Of a stretch of DNA of 39,033 nucleotides, positions 36,992-39,033 are shown in pieces. The stretch comes from an uncultured archaeon (GTDB lineage Archaea; Asgardarchaeota; Heimdallarchaeia; Heimdallarchaeales; Heimdallarchaeaceae). The notes below the pieces were generated by a model that saw only the letters and a program-made list of their open reading frames with translations, did no database searches and was not told where the DNA came from. The position numbers and the translations under genes are program-made. Location of the stretch: assembly GCA_964549075.1 (NCBI GenBank), contig CAZJUB010000020.1, positions 1 through 39,033 of the forward strand. Reading direction: 5' to 3'. Each line of letters starts with the position of its first letter. Position 1 is the first letter of the stretch.

Positions 36992-37037
36992 TATATCAGA
37001 CCGAAACCTATATTTTTGCTAAAATGAAGGTAGTTTA

Positions 37038-38318
37038 ATGAATAGCATGATACTTAATGAAAAAGCATCTTATCCATTTATATTTAACAATTTAAAAAGT
37101 GAATTTATTCCATGGTTAAAAGAAGCAGATAATAGAATCTTTTCTTTAGGTGCAGGAGATAGGATAGCTCCTATGGCTGAAAAGATCATGCAGTTAGGTT
37201 TTGGTAAGATTCTTTTTGCTGCCAACGAGCTGGGTTCAGATATAGATAGCTGTAAACCTTTCGTATTCTTTGCTCCTGATGGAACTTGCACTTACAATAA
37301 GGAGAGACTCCAAAGAGGTTTTACTTATGGAAGTCTCATAGATGCAGAATTTGATGGATTAATAGCAGCACAAAATGCCATGCCTAACGGTTGTGGATTT
37401 AGTCTCTACGAATTAGATGATTTTAAAGATGATGAAAATTTAAAAAAGAGAGCAAAAACAATAAGTGATAACATCAGTGAAGATCATGCTAAACAATTAG
37501 GGAAGGGGAATCATTTTATTTCAATTTTTCACGTCAGAGATAGATTAAGTGGTGAAGATACAGGAAGAAGATTCATAATAGTTCATGCTAGTGGGCATGA
37601 CGTAGATAAAGATCCCATGTATAATCAAGAATGGTTGAAAGATGAAGATGGATATAATAAGATTGCGACACCTCATGGTCCTATCTGGTTATTAGAAAAT
37701 GAAGCAAAAAAAAGGTACATTAATGAATATCAAAAATTCGAAAAGCTGAATTCAAGTGGGAGAAAGAACATTATGAAAGAATTTTTCAGTGAAATAAAAT
37801 TTGAACTTATTTCAGATACAACCCATCAAGGATTAACACCAACTGGAAAAAGCATGCGTCTGGGTATCCAACTTTCAGAAGAGGATCTTATACCTGTAGC
37901 TTTCAATGCTGAAGAAGGAGCAACTGTAGTAAAAGTCAAACCAAATCTAAATAAACAATACCTAGAGACTTGGCCTTATGCAGAAAAATCTGAAAGATAT
38001 GGTTATAACGATATTTTTACTAAATTAGACATCCTTCCTCACGGTTCAGGTTACGAATTCTTGAGTCCTCTGAAAGAATTTACTGTTAATTTGAACAATG
38101 AAGGTTTAGAGAATTTTTCTTTTAAAATAGTTAGAGAGGGGTCTATTATTCATCAATCAGCTACTTTCTTTAAAGAAATAAGAGAATATATGAGTTATAA
38201 AAGAAAAGCACCAATAATGGAAAAGATTTATGAAGCAAACTTGGGAGAACATCTCTACGATATGACAACATTTTTCCAGATACATCCAAAAGTAAGCATC
38301 CCTGGAGGACATTACTAA
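37038..38318 (+). CDS. Highly diverged RtcB-fold protein (RNA 3'-phosphate ligase family-like)
   Basis: Motifs in RtcB order: APD...GF.YG, PNGCG, QLGKGNHF, IVHASG, THQ, PHGSG, YK. Confidence 0.75.
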   Translation: MNSMILNEKASYPFIFNNLKSEFIPWLKEADNRIFSLGAGDRIAPMAEKIMQLGFGKILFAANELGSDIDSCKPFVFFAPDGTCTYNKERLQRGFTYGSLIDAEFDGLIAAQNAMPNGCGFSLYELDDFKDDENLKKRAKTISDNISEDHAKQLGKGNHFISIFHVRDRLSGEDTGRRFIIVHASGHDVDKDPMYNQEWLKDEDGYNKIATPHGPIWLLENEAKKRYINEYQKFEKLNSSGRKNIMKEFFSEIKFELISDTTHQGLTPTGKSMRLGIQLSEEDLIPVAFNAEEGATVVKVKPNLNKQYLETWPYAEKSERYGYNDIFTKLDILPHGSGYEFLSPLKEFTVNLNNEGLENFSFKIVREGSIIHQSATFFKEIREYMSYKRKAPIMEKIYEANLGEHLYDMTTFFQIHPKVSIPGGHY

Positions 38319-38332
38319 AATTGGTGAGAATC

Positions 38333-39033
38333 ATGTCTAAACCGTACGTTATTGCTCACAGAGGAGCTTCTGGGGATTTTCCCGAAAACACTCTTTTAGC
38401 TTTTGATGAGGCTATTAAACAAGGAGCAGATATTATTGAAATGGATTTACAACTCACTTCAGATGAAGAGATAGTTGTTTTTCATGACAGAACTGTAGAA
38501 AGAATATTTAGAAAGTATGCAAACAAAAGTATTGCTGATTTTAGTTTAGAAGAATTGAAAAAAATAGATGTAGGATCATGGTTCGATGAAAAATATAGTT
38601 ATCTTAGGATACCCACTTTAACTGAAGTTCTGGAACATTTACCTAAAGATATTTCTTTAATTTTGGAGATAAAAATAGGTGAAGAGATTCTAGTGAAGAA
38701 ATTGATAGAGTTGTTAGAAGAAAAGAAAAGTGATTTAGGAAAAGGGTATATATCTGTGAGAGACATACAGACATCAAATCTAGTAAGAAAATATTCTGAC
38801 AAATTTAAAATCGGATTAATGCAAAAGAATCGAACTCCTGAAGAAGTCCTTACTATAATTAGAGAAAATGAAGTACAGATAGCTCAAATAAGATGGGAGA
38901 AATGGAGTGAGATTAAGTGGGAATTTTTAAGAAATCAGGATGTGAAAGTGACAGTTTTCTATGCAGATAAGATAGAAGATTACGTATTCTTATTAAAAAA
39001 AGAGGTAGAAGGAATATTCACTAACTTCCCAAA
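38333..39033 (+). CDS. Glycerophosphodiester phosphodiesterase (GDPD), truncated by the window end
   Basis: Not in the ORF track; GGTGA RBS then ATG at 38333: MSKPYVIAHRGASGDFPENTLLAF..GADIIEMDLQLTSD...VVFHD..RIPTL.EVL..LEIK...EGIFTNFP. Confidence 0.93.
   Translation, partial: MSKPYVIAHRGASGDFPENTLLAFDEAIKQGADIIEMDLQLTSDEEIVVFHDRTVERIFRKYANKSIADFSLEELKKIDVGSWFDEKYSYLRIPTLTEVLEHLPKDISLILEIKIGEEILVKKLIELLEEKKSDLGKGYISVRDIQTSNLVRKYSDKFKIGLMQKNRTPEEVLTIIRENEVQIAQIRWEKWSEIKWEFLRNQDVKVTVFYADKIEDYVFLLKKEVEGIFTNFP

Noticed and set aside
37038-38318. Assigning the gene symbol rtcB
   Set aside because: Several invariant residues differ, so orthology to the tRNA-splicing ligase cannot be claimed.
24453-38802. 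Short track ORFs 24453, 26085, 27442, 31582, 36719, 37070, 38599
   Set aside because: Shadow ORFs; 38599..38802 lies antisense to the GDPD gene that the track missed.
1-39033. tRNA, rRNA, CRISPR, integrase/transposase, prophage or selenoprotein read-through
   Set aside because: No GC-rich structured RNA stretch, repeat-spacer array, recombinase motif or TGA-split gene was visible by eye; tRNAscan-SE and Infernal would be needed to exclude small RNAs.

Overview
AT-rich, gene-dense archaeal chromosomal segment with about 37 supportable CDSs. Two of them (<1..1280 minus and 38333..>39033 plus) run off the window ends and are missing from the supplied ORF track. I found no rRNA, tRNA, CRISPR array or transposase by eye. 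TATA boxes about 25-30 nt before start codons, GGTGA ribosome-binding sites, a PAC2 proteasome chaperone, a Hef-type gene and many multi-TM zinc-ribbon proteins point to an archaeon; an Asgard (Heimdallarchaeia-like) origin is my inference, not something shown. Ordinary genes: D-aminoacylase, DegV, EamA, glyoxylate reductase, old yellow enzyme, aldo/keto reductase, a flavodoxin pair and a PAS histidine kinase. The best candidates for undescribed biology are: (1) a co-oriented MFS / tandem metallophosphoesterase / highly diverged RtcB-fold / GDPD cluster; (2) a Hef/FANCM-like pseudo-helicase, lacking its ATPase motifs and nuclease domain, that overlaps an intact Fe-S XPD/Rad3-family helicase; (3) two tandem membrane-anchored CxxxC-repeat proteins facing a His/Cys-motif membrane protein; (4) two surface proteins sharing an unrecognised ~150-aa domain and an identically positioned upstream 9-mer; (5) an array of 6-TM/zinc-ribbon paralogues. 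All family calls come from reading motifs by eye, with no database search.
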